DNA of 64,000 bases, from positions 107 to 64,106 of the forward strand of contig JBBKXQ010000103.1 of the NCBI GenBank assembly GCA_037969565.1, written 5' to 3'. Made by a program: the position numbers and the translations under genes. Of the stretch, positions 1 to 9,289 are shown piece after piece (positions within the stretch are counted from its first letter, which is position 1; each line of letters opens with the position of its first letter). The DNA comes from Acidimicrobiales bacterium. GTDB taxonomy: Bacteria > Actinomycetota > Acidimicrobiia > Acidimicrobiales > SZUA-35. Under the pieces are notes generated by a model. That model had not been told where the DNA came from. It was given only the letters and a program-made list of their open reading frames with translations, and searched no databases.

Positions 1-251
1 TTTGACTTTGCCACGACGGGCTCCTTTGGTGCTTGATCACTTCATCAGGACAATGGGGTCTGCGGCAGCCAACTCGTCTCGACCATGTAGTTCGAGCGCT
101 CCGACCACGGGTAGATCCACCGCCTGTGTTCGGCGGGGCGCGGATGGCGTGGATCCCGCGACCATCCGGCGGGTGCTCTACAGATTCGCTGCTCGGCAGA
201 TTCACTGCTCTACAGATCCGCTGCATCGCGGGGTACTGCATTGCGGGGTTG

Positions 252-325
252 TAGCGACGGTCGGGCTCGAACCGACGACCTCTCGATTATGAGTCGAGCA
301 CTCTTACCAACTGAGCTACGTCGCC
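252..325 (-). tRNA. tRNA with CAT anticodon (elongator tRNA-Met, or tRNA-Ile2 if lysidinylated)
   Basis: The reverse complement folds as a cloverleaf. Acceptor GGCGACG/CGTCGCT, D arm GCTC..GAGT, anticodon stem CTCGA/TCGAG with loop CTCATAA, T arm GTCGG-TTCGAGC-CCGAC. No encoded CCA. It lacks the GGG/CCC anticodon stem of initiator tRNA. Confidence 0.85.
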
Positions 326-382
326 AGAAGCGAGGACCGAGGCCTGTGATCAGGGATCACCTGCCGCCGTACCTTGTTTCAG

Positions 383-455
383 AGCCTCCTGACAGAATCG
401 AACTGTCGACCTTTTCCTTACCATGGAAACGCTCTACCGACTGAGCTAAGGAGGC
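383..455 (-). tRNA. tRNA-Thr (anticodon GGT)
   Basis: Reverse complement is GCCTCCT-TA-GCTC-AGTCGGTA-GAGC-G-TTTCC-ATGGTAA-GGAAA-AGGTC-GACAG-TTCGATT-CTGTC-AGGAGGC-T, a complete 73-nt cloverleaf. Confidence 0.9.
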
Positions 456-660
456 GAGGACCCCTGAGGCAGGGGCGTCGGAAAGTCTGCCACGGGGCGG
501 CGCGGTCCCCAACCAGTCAGGAACAGATTCCTCGGGCCGGACCGATGACGACCAACCCAGAGCAACGACCGACGAGTTCGATTCCGGATCGGGAGCACTC
601 GAATTTGTGTCGATTGCCCAAAAGGCTCAAGTGCGGCAGGCAAAGATGCCGAAGCGGAAG

Positions 661-2056
661 TGTGCGAATTGATCGGATCGAACTATCGACGGCCAACGAT
701 CGAGTGGAGCTCAACCTCCATCCCAGGATCACGGTGGTGAGCGGTCTGGGAAAGCTCGAACGGGAGGCGCTGGCATCGGAGGTTCTCGGGGCCATCGGGC
801 CAGGCCGATCAGGCCTCTCGGTCGACCTCGTGGCTGACAACGGCCGCTGCCTCGAGGTGCACCGTCCATTGACAGGGCCGTGCAGCGTGCGAGATGCCGT
901 GACTTGCGAGGACGTCACGAACGCATTCCTCTTCGGCGAAACGGTCGACGTGCTCGGAGCACTCGGCCTCTCGCGCGGACAGACCCGTTCGACGCTGCAC
1001 TTCAGCGACAAGAACCTGAAGGCGGTCGACGATCTCGACGCCACCGTCGTCCGCCTGGGATCGATCGATCAGACCGAACTCTGGAGCGCAGCTATCAAGC
1101 TGGCGGAAGTGGAGGTCGAAATGGCCTCGGTGGTGGACGAAGCGATATTGGCTGACCCGCTCGAGGACTATGCCGAGGAGATCGAAGAAGCTCACGCCGG
1201 ACGCGACATCGCGGCCGACCAACTCGAGAAGGCCCGGAGTCAGCTGCGGAGCGGCTCGCTCGCTCTCGCGTTCATCGGAGTCGCCGTCGGGCTCATCACC
1301 CACCCATTCCTGGCCGTCCCCTTCCTCAGCCTCGCGATCGGCGTTGGGGTGAGAGCGTGGCGACGAGGCCAGGACTACGAGACCGCCTCCGCGTTCGAGA
1401 TCGAAGTGTTGAGCAAGGCGGGGGTCGCCAGCTACCTCAACTTCCAGCTCAAGAAGGTTGACGAGCTCACCTCGAACAACGCCGTGCGAAGCCGGTCTCT
1501 GGAGCTGGCCGAACTCCACCGGCAGGCGCGAACCACCTGGGAGTCGATCACAGGCAAAGGGATCAGCCTGGAGTGGGCCGCCGGACAGCGGGCCCAGATC
1601 ACGGCGGCCGCATCCCGAATCGACGGCGGCAGCGGCTATCCGGCTGGTCATGCGATGGAATGTTTCGCCCGGGCCTTCGTGAATGCTCGAAGCTCTGTCG
1701 GCGAGAGCTTGCCGCTCGTCGTCGACGAGCCATTCACCACAGTTGGCGATCCGGAGCTTCTCGAGATCCTGTCCGCCATGGAGACCTACGCCGCCCACAT
1801 GCAATACATCGTCATGTCCAACGACGACCGAGTGCTGCGGTGGATCCAGGCCCGAACCGAACAGGGGACGGCCTCACTGGTCCGTCTCGGCTCCGAATCC
1901 GGTCGAGAGCAGCGACCAACCACCACCCCCCTCGAAATCAAAACCTCCTCGCCATCGATCGCACGACCCACGAGCCCACTGATCGATGAGGCCGTACGAG
2001 TCGACGGGTTGGCGCTCCAGGCCACCGTTCCTGCTGTGGTTCATCAACTGAATTAG
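661..2056 (+). CDS. SMC/Rad50/RecF-like ATPase-fold protein with a degenerate P-loop and a central hydrophobic hairpin (hypothetical)
   Basis: The ORF 374-2056 overlaps tRNA-Thr, so the start must be internal. GTG at 661 gives VRIDRIELSTANDRVELNLHPRITVVSGLGKLER, a RecF/SMC-style N-terminus in which the Walker A is degraded to SGLGKL. Walker B-like LPLVVDEPF followed by YIVMSNDDRVL lies near the C-terminus. The central segment LALAFIGVAVGLITHPFLAVPFLSLAIGVGV is hydrophobic. ATG 545 is an alternative start. Confidence 0.55.
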
Positions 2057-2065
2057 TTTGCGGGA

Positions 2066-2611
2066 GTGCAGCTCCGACTCGCCACCATTTCCGACGCCGA
2101 GGCGATCATGGAGATCTACAACCGCGAGGTTCTCGAGACCACGCACACGTTCGATCTCGTGCCTCGAACAATCGAGCAGCAAGTGACCTACATCCAGGAT
2201 CGATCGGGTGGCCTCGCCGTGATCGTGGCCACAACTTCCCGAGCGCCGGACGAACAAGCGCCGGACGAACAAGCACTGGACAAGGGCGTGGTCGGGTTCG
2301 GGAGCCTGAGTTTCTACCGCGACCGACCTGGTTATCGAACCTCGGTCGAGAACTCGGTCTATGTGCATCACCAACACCGGGGCCGCGGCGCGGGCGACCT
2401 CTTGATCGGCGGACTCATCGACCGAGCGCGGGCTCACGGCTTCCACGCGATGTTCGCTCGCATCGCCGACGCACAAGAAACAAGCGTGCAGCTCCACACC
2501 AAACACGGGTTCCGCCTCGTCGGCATCGAGAAGGAAGTCGGCCGAAAGTTCGGCCAATTCCGCGACGTCGCCTTGATGCAATTGCTTTTGGACGGCCCCG
2601 CCGTCCGCTGA
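2066..2611 (+). CDS. GNAT N-acetyltransferase (phosphinothricin-acetyltransferase-like)
   Basis: 181 aa with a GTG start. The acetyl-CoA motif VYVHHQHRGRGAGDLL and C-terminal HGFRLVGIEKEVGRKFGQFRDVALMQ are typical of the PAT/GNAT family. Confidence 0.8.
   Translation: MQLRLATISDAEAIMEIYNREVLETTHTFDLVPRTIEQQVTYIQDRSGGLAVIVATTSRAPDEQAPDEQALDKGVVGFGSLSFYRDRPGYRTSVENSVYVHHQHRGRGAGDLLIGGLIDRARAHGFHAMFARIADAQETSVQLHTKHGFRLVGIEKEVGRKFGQFRDVALMQLLLDGPAVR
2243..2272 (+). repeat. Perfect 15-bp in-frame tandem duplication (APDEQ-APDEQ) inside the GNAT gene
   Basis: gcgccggacgaacaa occurs twice back to back and is codon-aligned with the CDS starting at 2066. Confidence 0.9.
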
Positions 2612-2632
2612 GTCGGCTCGCTTCGGCTGAAA

Positions 2633-3127
2633 TCAGTCTCGGAAGTTCTGATACTGCAGCGGAAGGTCGAAGTCGTTTTCCTTCAACGCCGCGATCACCG
2701 CTTGCAGCTCGTCCCGTTTCTTCCCGTTGACTCGGACCTGGTCGCCCTGCGTCGAACTCTGGATGCCCTTGATCTTCAGGTCTTTGACGAAGACGTTGAT
2801 CTTCTTGGCCATCTCGGAGCTGACCCCGGCTTTCAAGTCGGCCTCGAGCCGGGCTCGGCCACCAGCGGCATCTTCGATGTCACCGAACTCGATGGCCTTG
2901 AGTGAGACCTTTCGTTTCACCAGCTTTTCCTCGAGCACCTGCCGCAGCGCGAACATTCGATCCTGGCTGGCCGACTCGAGCGTGATCGACATCGCCTTGT
3001 CGTCGAGTTCGATCGAGGAATTGGTGTTCTTGAAATCGAACCGGTTGGTGATCTCCCGATCTGCTTGGTCCACGGCATTCCGGACCTCTTGCATATCGAT
3101 TTCGGACACAACGTCGAACGAAGGCAT
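2633..3127 (-). CDS. yajQ: YajQ-family (UPF0234) nucleotide-binding protein
   Basis: MPSFDVVSEIDMQEVRNAVDQADREITNRFDFK... through ...LPLQYQNFRD is the canonical YajQ sequence, 164 aa. The start is taken at ATG 3127 (M14 of the tracked ORF). Confidence 0.9.
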   Translation of the reverse strand: MPSFDVVSEIDMQEVRNAVDQADREITNRFDFKNTNSSIELDDKAMSITLESASQDRMFALRQVLEEKLVKRKVSLKAIEFGDIEDAAGGRARLEADLKAGVSSEMAKKINVFVKDLKIKGIQSSTQGDQVRVNGKKRDELQAVIAALKENDFDLPLQYQNFRD

Positions 3128-3166
3128 GGTGAAAACGTAGCGGACCGCTAGCCTCTGTCGCTCCAA

Positions 3167-3249
3167 GGGTCGGTGCCCGAGTGGTCAATGGGAGCGGACT
3201 GTAAATCCGCCGGCTTTCGCCTACGTAGGTTCAAATCCTACTCGGCCCA
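3167..3249 (+). tRNA. tRNA-Tyr (anticodon GTA), long variable arm
   Basis: GGGTCGG-TG-CCCGAGTGGTCAATGGGAG-CGGACTGTAAATCCG-long variable arm-GTAGGTTCAAATCCTAC-TCGGCCC-A. Anticodon loop CTGTAAA. This is a class II tRNA architecture. Confidence 0.9.
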
Positions 3250-3291
3250 CGGAAAGTCCTTCGGTCCTGCGGGGCCCAGGGACGCGATGGG

Positions 3292-3323
3292 CCCGAGCAT
3301 CCGCTCGGGTCTATTTGTTTGTT
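3292..3323 (+). terminator. Rho-independent terminator after tRNA-Tyr
   Basis: 7-bp stem CCCGAGC/GCTCGGG with a 4-nt loop, followed by the T-rich tract TCTATTTGTTTGTT. Confidence 0.7.
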
Positions 3324-3513
3324 CTGCCCGGCGTGGCGACGGCGCGCCCCGAGGTGCCAGATGTTGGGGCAGCGCCATTGAGTTGGGTCGAACGCGGGCT
3401 AACGTCGGTGGGTCCTTTCTGGACCGCCGCAACGACCCGTTGTGGTGCCGGCTCCCTCGAACCGGTTCCCGTGGCGTCCCTCGCCCCGCAGCCCCCACCT
3501 CGGAGACAATCGA

Positions 3514-4458
3514 ATGACTCACTCACCCCGCACCTGGGTTCGCCTCATGGCCGCCCTGTTGTCCTTCACACTGCTCGCCGCCGCCTGCGGTTCCGATGCC
3601 GCCGATGAAAGCGCCAACACCACCGCAGCGCCGTCCGCCGACGAAAGCACCGATACCACTGCAGCACCGTCCACCGACGAAAGCACCGACACCACCGCAG
3701 CACCGTCCACCGACGACAGCCCGGATACCGGGCTTCCCGATCTCGGCGGCCGCACCGTCACCGTTGGTGTCGAGAACGCCTACCTGCCGTTCAACTTCGT
3801 TGCCGTCGGTGAGAGCGAAGGGCAGGGCTGGGACTACGACGCCTGGAACGAAATCTGTCGCCTCCTCAACTGCACGGCCGAATTCGTGCCTGCCGGCTGG
3901 CCCGATGTGATCGACCAAGTTGCCCAGGGCGAACTCGACACAGCAGCCGACGGCATCAGCATCACCGACGAGCGCAAGGAAGTTGTTGCGTACTCCGATG
4001 CCTACATGACGGTGCAGCAGAAGTTCGTTGTCGGCAAGGACGACGACCGATACGCATCAGCTGACGACATCATCAATGGCGATGCGATCATCGCCACCCA
4101 GGTCGGCACCACCAACTTCGAACTCGCCGTCGAACTCCTCGGTGGCGACGAACGCATCCAGGCCTTCGACCAATTCGGTTTGGCCATCCAGGCGCTCATC
4201 GCCGGCGATGTCGACGCCGTGATCATCGATGATGCCGCCGGCCTCGGCTACATCGGCGAAAACAAGGACGCTGTCAAGACCATCGACGACGGACTCCAGA
4301 GCGATCCGCTCGGGTTCATCTTTCCCCTCGACACCGATCTCACCGATGCGGTCAACGCTGCCATCGCAGAGATGAAGGCCAGCGGCTTCCTGGACCAGAT
4401 CGGCGAGAAGTTCTTCGGCGTCGGCTTCGAGATCACCTACGACGACATCGAAGGCTGA
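3514..4458 (+). CDS. Amino-acid ABC transporter substrate-binding lipoprotein (PBP type 3)
   Basis: Start at ATG 3514. Signal peptide plus lipobox LLAAACGS, then a repetitive acidic Thr/Ala/Pro linker. The mature domain (VGVENAYLPFNF..., DGISITDERK, GDVDAVIIDD) is typical of polar amino-acid binding proteins. Confidence 0.85.
   Translation: MTHSPRTWVRLMAALLSFTLLAAACGSDAADESANTTAAPSADESTDTTAAPSTDESTDTTAAPSTDDSPDTGLPDLGGRTVTVGVENAYLPFNFVAVGESEGQGWDYDAWNEICRLLNCTAEFVPAGWPDVIDQVAQGELDTAADGISITDERKEVVAYSDAYMTVQQKFVVGKDDDRYASADDIINGDAIIATQVGTTNFELAVELLGGDERIQAFDQFGLAIQALIAGDVDAVIIDDAAGLGYIGENKDAVKTIDDGLQSDPLGFIFPLDTDLTDAVNAAIAEMKASGFLDQIGEKFFGVGFEITYDDIEG
3601..3729 (+). repeat. 36-bp in-frame tandem repeat, about 3.6 copies (ADESxxTTAAPS linker)
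   Basis: Units at 3601-3636, 3637-3672 and 3673-3708, plus a partial fourth. They encode ADESANTTAAPS/ADESTDTTAAPS/TDESTDTTAAPS/TDDSPDT. Confidence 0.9.
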
Positions 4459-4499
4459 TCAATCGCCTTCTGTTACGCGCACCAAATCGTCTGAACTAG

Positions 4500-4529
4500 A
4501 GTGCGCCGGGTCTTCGGGCCCGGCGCACT
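4500..4529 (+). terminator. Strong intercistronic stem-loop between the binding-protein and permease genes (attenuating terminator or mRNA stabiliser)
   Basis: Perfect 11-bp GC-rich stem AGTGCGCCGGG/CCCGGCGCACT with an 8-nt loop, followed only by a weak TTTG. It lies 42 nt after the stop at 4458. Confidence 0.5.
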
Positions 4530-4565
4530 CGCGTTTGCATCAACCTCTCCCGTCTACGCCAATCC

Positions 4566-5399
4566 ATGGAGTGTCAGTTGGCTGAATCAGTCGTGAATGT
4601 CGAGGGCCCAGCCCCGAACTCGGTGACCACATTCGACTTCAAAGACAGCCCGTGGTGGCTGTTGGTGGTACTCGGCATCGTCGGTGCGATGATCTTGGCC
4701 GTCATCTTCAGCGACAACTACCAGGAGGCGTTCTTCGAGATCATTCCCGGTCTCAAGCAGACGCTGCTCCTCACCGCTGGGTCATTCGTGGTTTCGATCG
4801 TGCTCGGGTTGGGGCTCGGGATCGCCCGGCAGAGCAAGAATCCCTTCATCAACACTCCGGCCCACGTCTACATCGAGTTCGTTCGGGGCGTCCCGATGCT
4901 CGTCTGGATCTTCGCCATCGCCCTGGTGCTGATACCCGAGACGGTCAATGGCCTCAACTCCCTTTTCGATCTGACCCTCGCGACCCGAGACATCCCCCAG
5001 ATCTGGCGTGGTGGTATCGCGCTCTGCTTGTTCTACTCCGCCTTCATCGCCGAGGTGTTCCGAGCCGGGATCCAGTCGGTTCCGAGCGGACAGATCGAGG
5101 CCGGCAAAGCACTTGGCCTCAATGGCCGAACGATCATGCGGAAGATCACGCTTCCACAAGCCGTGCGCAACACGCTGCCTGCGCTCGGTAACGACTTGAT
5201 CTCGCTGATGAAGGACACCTCGCTGGTGTCGGTCATCGCGGCGACAGAACTCACATACAAGGCCCGCATCTACCAAGGCAGTTCCTTCCGGGTTCGAGAA
5301 ACCTTCTTCGTGTTGATGGTGATCTACGTGACGCTCACGCTCGTGTTGTCGCTTGCGCTGCGTTTCATCGAGGCCCGCCTCGCCATTCCCGATCGTTGA
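4566..5399 (+). CDS. Amino-acid ABC transporter permease (His/Glu/Gln/Arg/opine family)
   Basis: Contains the EAA-loop region IEAGKALGLNGRTIMRKITLPQAVRNTLPALGNDLISLMKDTSLVS and multiple hydrophobic spans. Confidence 0.9.
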   Translation: MECQLAESVVNVEGPAPNSVTTFDFKDSPWWLLVVLGIVGAMILAVIFSDNYQEAFFEIIPGLKQTLLLTAGSFVVSIVLGLGLGIARQSKNPFINTPAHVYIEFVRGVPMLVWIFAIALVLIPETVNGLNSLFDLTLATRDIPQIWRGGIALCLFYSAFIAEVFRAGIQSVPSGQIEAGKALGLNGRTIMRKITLPQAVRNTLPALGNDLISLMKDTSLVSVIAATELTYKARIYQGSSFRVRETFFVLMVIYVTLTLVLSLALRFIEARLAIPDR

Positions 5400-5516
5400 C
5401 GCAACCCGGCTGCCCACCCATCGCACGGCACTCACGCCGGCAGGGGCGAGGCCTCGATGCACCCAGTTGCGTGGGTCTCCCGAGCCAGTGGCGCCACGTT
5501 GCTAGATTCAGGCGGC

Positions 5517-6752
5517 ATGAAACTCGAGTCGATCAAGACCTGGGCCGTCGCTCCACCATCGGGGATCGGGGGCGCATTCTGGGTGTTCGTGAGGGTCACG
5601 ACCGACTCTGGTGTCCAGGGCATCGGCGAGTGCTATGGCATCCCCTATTCGGCCAACATCGCCTGTGAGATGGTGGAGGACACCTTCGATCGGTTCATCG
5701 CCGGCGAGGACCCGCACAACATCGAGGCCATGTTTCGCCGCGTCTATTCCGCCGGATTCACGCAGCGTCCGGATCTGACCATGATGGGGGTTTTCAGCGG
5801 AATTGAGATCGCCGTGTGGGACATCCTCGGCAAACTCGCCGATCAGCCGGTCTACAACCTCCTTGGCGGGGCATTTCATGAACGGCTGCGCACCTACACC
5901 TACCTCTATCCTGCGAGTGTCCACGACCCGTCGCTGCCGTCTGCTGATGAGGCGGATCCCTACCACGACGGTGATGCTGCCGCCGAGCGAGCACTCGTCT
6001 ACGTCGAGCAGGGCTTCACCGCCGTCAAACAGGACCCCACCGGGCCGTACAGCTTCCAGGGAGGCCGAGAACTCTCACTCCATGAGCTCCGCCGATCCGA
6101 GGAAAACGTTCGCAAGGTCCGCGAAGCCGTCGGCGACCGCTGCGACATCCTGTTCGGCACCCACGGCCAGATGACCACGTCGTCGGCCATACGCCTCGCT
6201 CGCCGAATCGAGAAGTACGACCCGCTCTGGTTCGAGGAGCCTTGTCCTCCCGACCAGGTGGCCGCCATCGGCAAGGTGGCTACGGCCACATCCATCCCCA
6301 TCGCCACGGGCGAGCGACTCACCACCCGCACCGAGTTTCACGAGGCCTTGAAGGCCGGCGTCTCCATCGTCCAACCCGACATCGGACGATCGGGAGGTAT
6401 CTGGGAAACAAAGAAGATCGCCGTGATGGCCGAACTCTTCAACGCCCAGATCGCGCCCCACATCTACTGCGGACCAGTCGCCCACGCCGCCGCCGCTCAC
6501 GTCGGATTCAGCTCACCGAACTTCCTCATTCTCGAAACGATCCAAACGCCGTTCCACGATCAGGTCCTCGTCGAGCCACTGACGTGGGAATCCGGGTTCA
6601 CCGTCGCGCCGAACACGCCCGGCCTCGGCATCGAACTCGACGAAGCGGTCCTCGACGCTCATCCCTACACCGACCGCGGCGGTCGACTTCACCTGGAGAT
6701 GACGCAGATCCCACTCAGTTCAGACAACGAGAAATCCGTCTTCGAGTTGTGA
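5517..6752 (+). CDS. Enolase-superfamily enzyme (mandelate racemase/muconate lactonizing family, sugar-acid dehydratase-like)
   Basis: Start at ATG 5517 (MKLESIKTWAV...). Family-typical features include GIGECYG, AVWDILGK, the EEP motif (LWFEEPCPP), ATGERL and QPDIGRSGGI. Confidence 0.8.
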   Translation: MKLESIKTWAVAPPSGIGGAFWVFVRVTTDSGVQGIGECYGIPYSANIACEMVEDTFDRFIAGEDPHNIEAMFRRVYSAGFTQRPDLTMMGVFSGIEIAVWDILGKLADQPVYNLLGGAFHERLRTYTYLYPASVHDPSLPSADEADPYHDGDAAAERALVYVEQGFTAVKQDPTGPYSFQGGRELSLHELRRSEENVRKVREAVGDRCDILFGTHGQMTTSSAIRLARRIEKYDPLWFEEPCPPDQVAAIGKVATATSIPIATGERLTTRTEFHEALKAGVSIVQPDIGRSGGIWETKKIAVMAELFNAQIAPHIYCGPVAHAAAAHVGFSSPNFLILETIQTPFHDQVLVEPLTWESGFTVAPNTPGLGIELDEAVLDAHPYTDRGGRLHLEMTQIPLSSDNEKSVFEL

Positions 6753-6770
6753 CTGGCCGGGACCACCGGA

Positions 6771-7346
6771 TCATTGCCTCGCCGATCCGTGGTAGCCGGA
6801 CGGGATGAAGATCGTGGGGATTCCGAGGCCCTCGAACATCTTCACGTTTCGGGGATCATCGTCGATGGCGAGTATCGGCTCGTAGTTTCGGGACCGGAGT
6901 TGCTCGACGGCGTGCTGTTTCATCAGGGTGGATCGTCGGTAGTCACCCGATGCTCTCATGATCAGGAGATCCCAGCGGATCCTGTTCGCCTGAATCCACT
7001 TCAACGTGATTCCGTCGATCCAGTCGGACCGAGCGGTGACGAGAGCAATGACATGATCGCCGGAGACCGTCTCCAAGAGCCGGGCCTGCTCGACCAGTAG
7101 CCCATCTCCGCCGGCGGCCAAGAAAAAGCTGTCCCAGTCCTGCCACCGGCTTTCGAGATAGTGCTGACGATGTCGGGCGTCGGCAAGTACACCATCGATG
7201 TCAATGACAAGGGTCGGTGCAGGCTCGGTCGGGTCAGACCGACGAATTCCGTCAGGCCAATACCACGGCGGTTCGTCGTCGTTGTGGTCGAAAGTCAGTG
7301 GCTCAGTCTTCGTCGTTGGATGCAGCGCGGTTGGCAATTTCGGCAA
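6771..7346 (-). CDS. HAD-superfamily phosphatase
   Basis: Motif I VIDIDGVLAD, motif II LVTARS, motif IV-like LAIDDDPRNV. The only in-frame starts are TTG codons that overlap the acs 3' end by about 40 nt, so the start is uncertain. Confidence 0.6.
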   Translation of the reverse strand: MPKLPTALHPTTKTEPLTFDHNDDEPPWYWPDGIRRSDPTEPAPTLVIDIDGVLADARHRQHYLESRWQDWDSFFLAAGGDGLLVEQARLLETVSGDHVIALVTARSDWIDGITLKWIQANRIRWDLLIMRASGDYRRSTLMKQHAVEQLRSRNYEPILAIDDDPRNVKMFEGLGIPTIFIPSGYHGSARQ

Positions 7347-9258
7347 AGACGTCGGGGTCGGCGAGGGTCGTGGTGTCGCCGAGACCTCGCCCGTCGGCGA
7401 CGTCTCGCAAGAGCCGCCGCATGATCTTTCCGGATCGGGTTTTCGGGAGGTCGGGAACGATGACCACCGTTTTCGGTCGGGCGATCTTGCCGAGCTTCAC
7501 GCCGACGTGCTCTCGGATCTCGTTGCCGAGCTCCTCCGAAGCCTCATGGGTGCCACGGAGAATCACGTATCCGATGATGGCCTGACCGGTGAGCTCGTCG
7601 GCTCCCCCGACCACGGCCGCTTCGGCCACCGCAGGATGATCAACGAGCGCCGACTCGACTTCGGTCGTCGAAATCCGGTGACCCGACACGTTCATCACAT
7701 CGTCGACTCGGCCCAACAGCCAGATGTAGCCGTCCTCGTCGAGCTTGGCCCCGTCGCCGGCGAAGTACTTGCCCTCGTAGGTGCTCCAGTAGGTGTCTTT
7801 GTATCGCTGCTCATCGCCCCAGATTCCCCGCAACATCGACGGCCAAGGGCGCGAGATCGTCAGGTAGCCGCCTCCCACCTCAACCGTCTTTCCGTTGTCG
7901 TCGACCAACTCGGCGAAAACCCCGGGGATGGGTCCGGTGGCCGATCCGGGTTTCGTGGTGGTGACCCCGGGCAACGGCGAGATCATGTGGCCGCCCGTTT
8001 CGGTCTGCCACCACGTGTCGACGATGGGGCGTTCACTGCCACCGATGTGCTCGTGGTACCACATCCATGCCTCGGGATTGATGGGTTCACCGACTGTTCC
8101 GAGCACCCGAAGTGACGACAGGTCATGCTTCTGCGGTTCCTCCACGCCCCACTTCATGAACATCCGGATCGCCGTTGGCGCCGTGTACAGCTGGGTGACG
8201 CCATAACGTTCGACGATGTCCCAGAGCCGATCTCGGCCTGGCGTGTCGGGTGTGCCTTCGTACATGACCGACGTACAGCCGTTGACCAGTGGGCCGTAGA
8301 CGATGTAGCTGTGGCCTGTCACCCAGCCGATGTCGGCGGCGCACCAATAGATGTCGGTGTCGGGCTTCAGGTCGAAGACGTACTTGTGGGTGAAGGCCAC
8401 CTGGGTGAGATATCCACCCGTGGTGTGCATGATCCCCTTCGGCTTTGCGGTGGTGCCAGAGGTGTAGAGAAGGTAGAGAAGCTGCTCGGCGTCCATCGGT
8501 TCGGCGGGGCAGTCGTCGGAGGCCTCGGCCATGAGGTCGTGCCACCAGTGATCGCGACCATCGACCATCTCCGGGTTGGTGTCGCAACGGTTGGCAACAA
8601 TGACATTTTCGACGCTGGGGGCTCCGATTTCGAGCGCGGCATCGACGGTGGGCTTGAGGAGGGCCGCTGCTCCCCGTCGGTAACCGGCGTCGGCGGTGAT
8701 GATCAGCTTCGCTTGGGCGTCGACACAGCGGTCAACGATCGCATCGGCAGAGAACCCACCGAAGATCACGGAGTGAGCGACGCCGATTCGGGTGCAGGCG
8801 AGCATCGCGATCGGGAGTTCGAGGATCATGGGCATGTAGATGGCGACCCGGTCGCCCTTCTCCAAACCAAGGCCCTTCATCACATTGGCGAACTTCTTCA
8901 CTTCGGTGAGCAAGTCGGCGTAGGTGAGCGTGATCTTGTCGCCCGGCTCGCCCTCCCAGTGGAAGGCGACTTTGTCACCTCGACCGGCCTCGACGTGGCG
9001 ATCGAGACAGTTGGCGCTCACATTGAGCTTGCCGTCGGCGAACCACTTGGCGAAGGGCAACTGCCAGTCGAGTACTTCGGTGAAGTCCTGATCCCAGGTG
9101 ATCAACTCACGGGCTTGACGGGCCCAGAAGGCCTCGTAGTCAGCCTCGGCCTCGTCGTAGAGCGACCGGTCGTTGGTGTTGGCTCGAGCTCGAAACGCAG
9201 CCGACGGAGCGAAGGTTCGTGCTTCGTTCTCGTACACCTCGATGGCATCTGCTGGCAT
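7303..9258 (-). CDS. acs: Acetyl-CoA synthetase
   Basis: 651 aa from ATG 9258, with AGGAG 6 nt upstream. AMP-binding motif YTSGTTAKPKG, plus WWQTETGG and RTRSGKIMRR, match Acs. Confidence 0.95.
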   Translation of the reverse strand: MPADAIEVYENEARTFAPSAAFRARANTNDRSLYDEAEADYEAFWARQARELITWDQDFTEVLDWQLPFAKWFADGKLNVSANCLDRHVEAGRGDKVAFHWEGEPGDKITLTYADLLTEVKKFANVMKGLGLEKGDRVAIYMPMILELPIAMLACTRIGVAHSVIFGGFSADAIVDRCVDAQAKLIITADAGYRRGAAALLKPTVDAALEIGAPSVENVIVANRCDTNPEMVDGRDHWWHDLMAEASDDCPAEPMDAEQLLYLLYTSGTTAKPKGIMHTTGGYLTQVAFTHKYVFDLKPDTDIYWCAADIGWVTGHSYIVYGPLVNGCTSVMYEGTPDTPGRDRLWDIVERYGVTQLYTAPTAIRMFMKWGVEEPQKHDLSSLRVLGTVGEPINPEAWMWYHEHIGGSERPIVDTWWQTETGGHMISPLPGVTTTKPGSATGPIPGVFAELVDDNGKTVEVGGGYLTISRPWPSMLRGIWGDEQRYKDTYWSTYEGKYFAGDGAKLDEDGYIWLLGRVDDVMNVSGHRISTTEVESALVDHPAVAEAAVVGGADELTGQAIIGYVILRGTHEASEELGNEIREHVGVKLGKIARPKTVVIVPDLPKTRSGKIMRRLLRDVADGRGLGDTTTLADPDVFAEIANRAASNDED

Positions 9259-9289
9259 GGCGCGCTCCTCTTGCGGGACGTGGACCGCT

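Noticed and set aside
1-249. A region without a convincing CDS downstream of the CAT-anticodon tRNA. It holds short direct repeats (tgctctacagat at 174-185 and 206-217; cagattc at 181-187 and 197-203) and a 7-bp stem CGGATGG/CCATCCG (around 141-168). I considered tmRNA, RNase P, SRP RNA or another tRNA.
   Set aside because: I could find no diagnostic motif: no GGTTCGA-type T-arm, no RNase P GAGGAAAGTCC box, no SRP GGAA/AGCA tetraloop context. The feature may also be truncated by the window edge. It needs an Rfam/Infernal scan.
577-610. tRNA T-arm-like string GAGTTCGATTCCGG, which could mark an integration (att) scar near the tRNA genes.
   Set aside because: The flanking bases do not form a T-stem or acceptor stem. 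It does not match the 3' ends of the three tRNAs in the window. No integrase or other mobile-element gene is nearby.
456-3166. The segment bracketed by tRNA genes (CAT and Thr on the minus strand, Tyr on the plus strand), considered as a possible genomic island.
   Set aside because: There is no integrase, no direct repeat of a tRNA 3' end and no obvious compositional break. The cargo (YajQ, GNAT) looks like core housekeeping.
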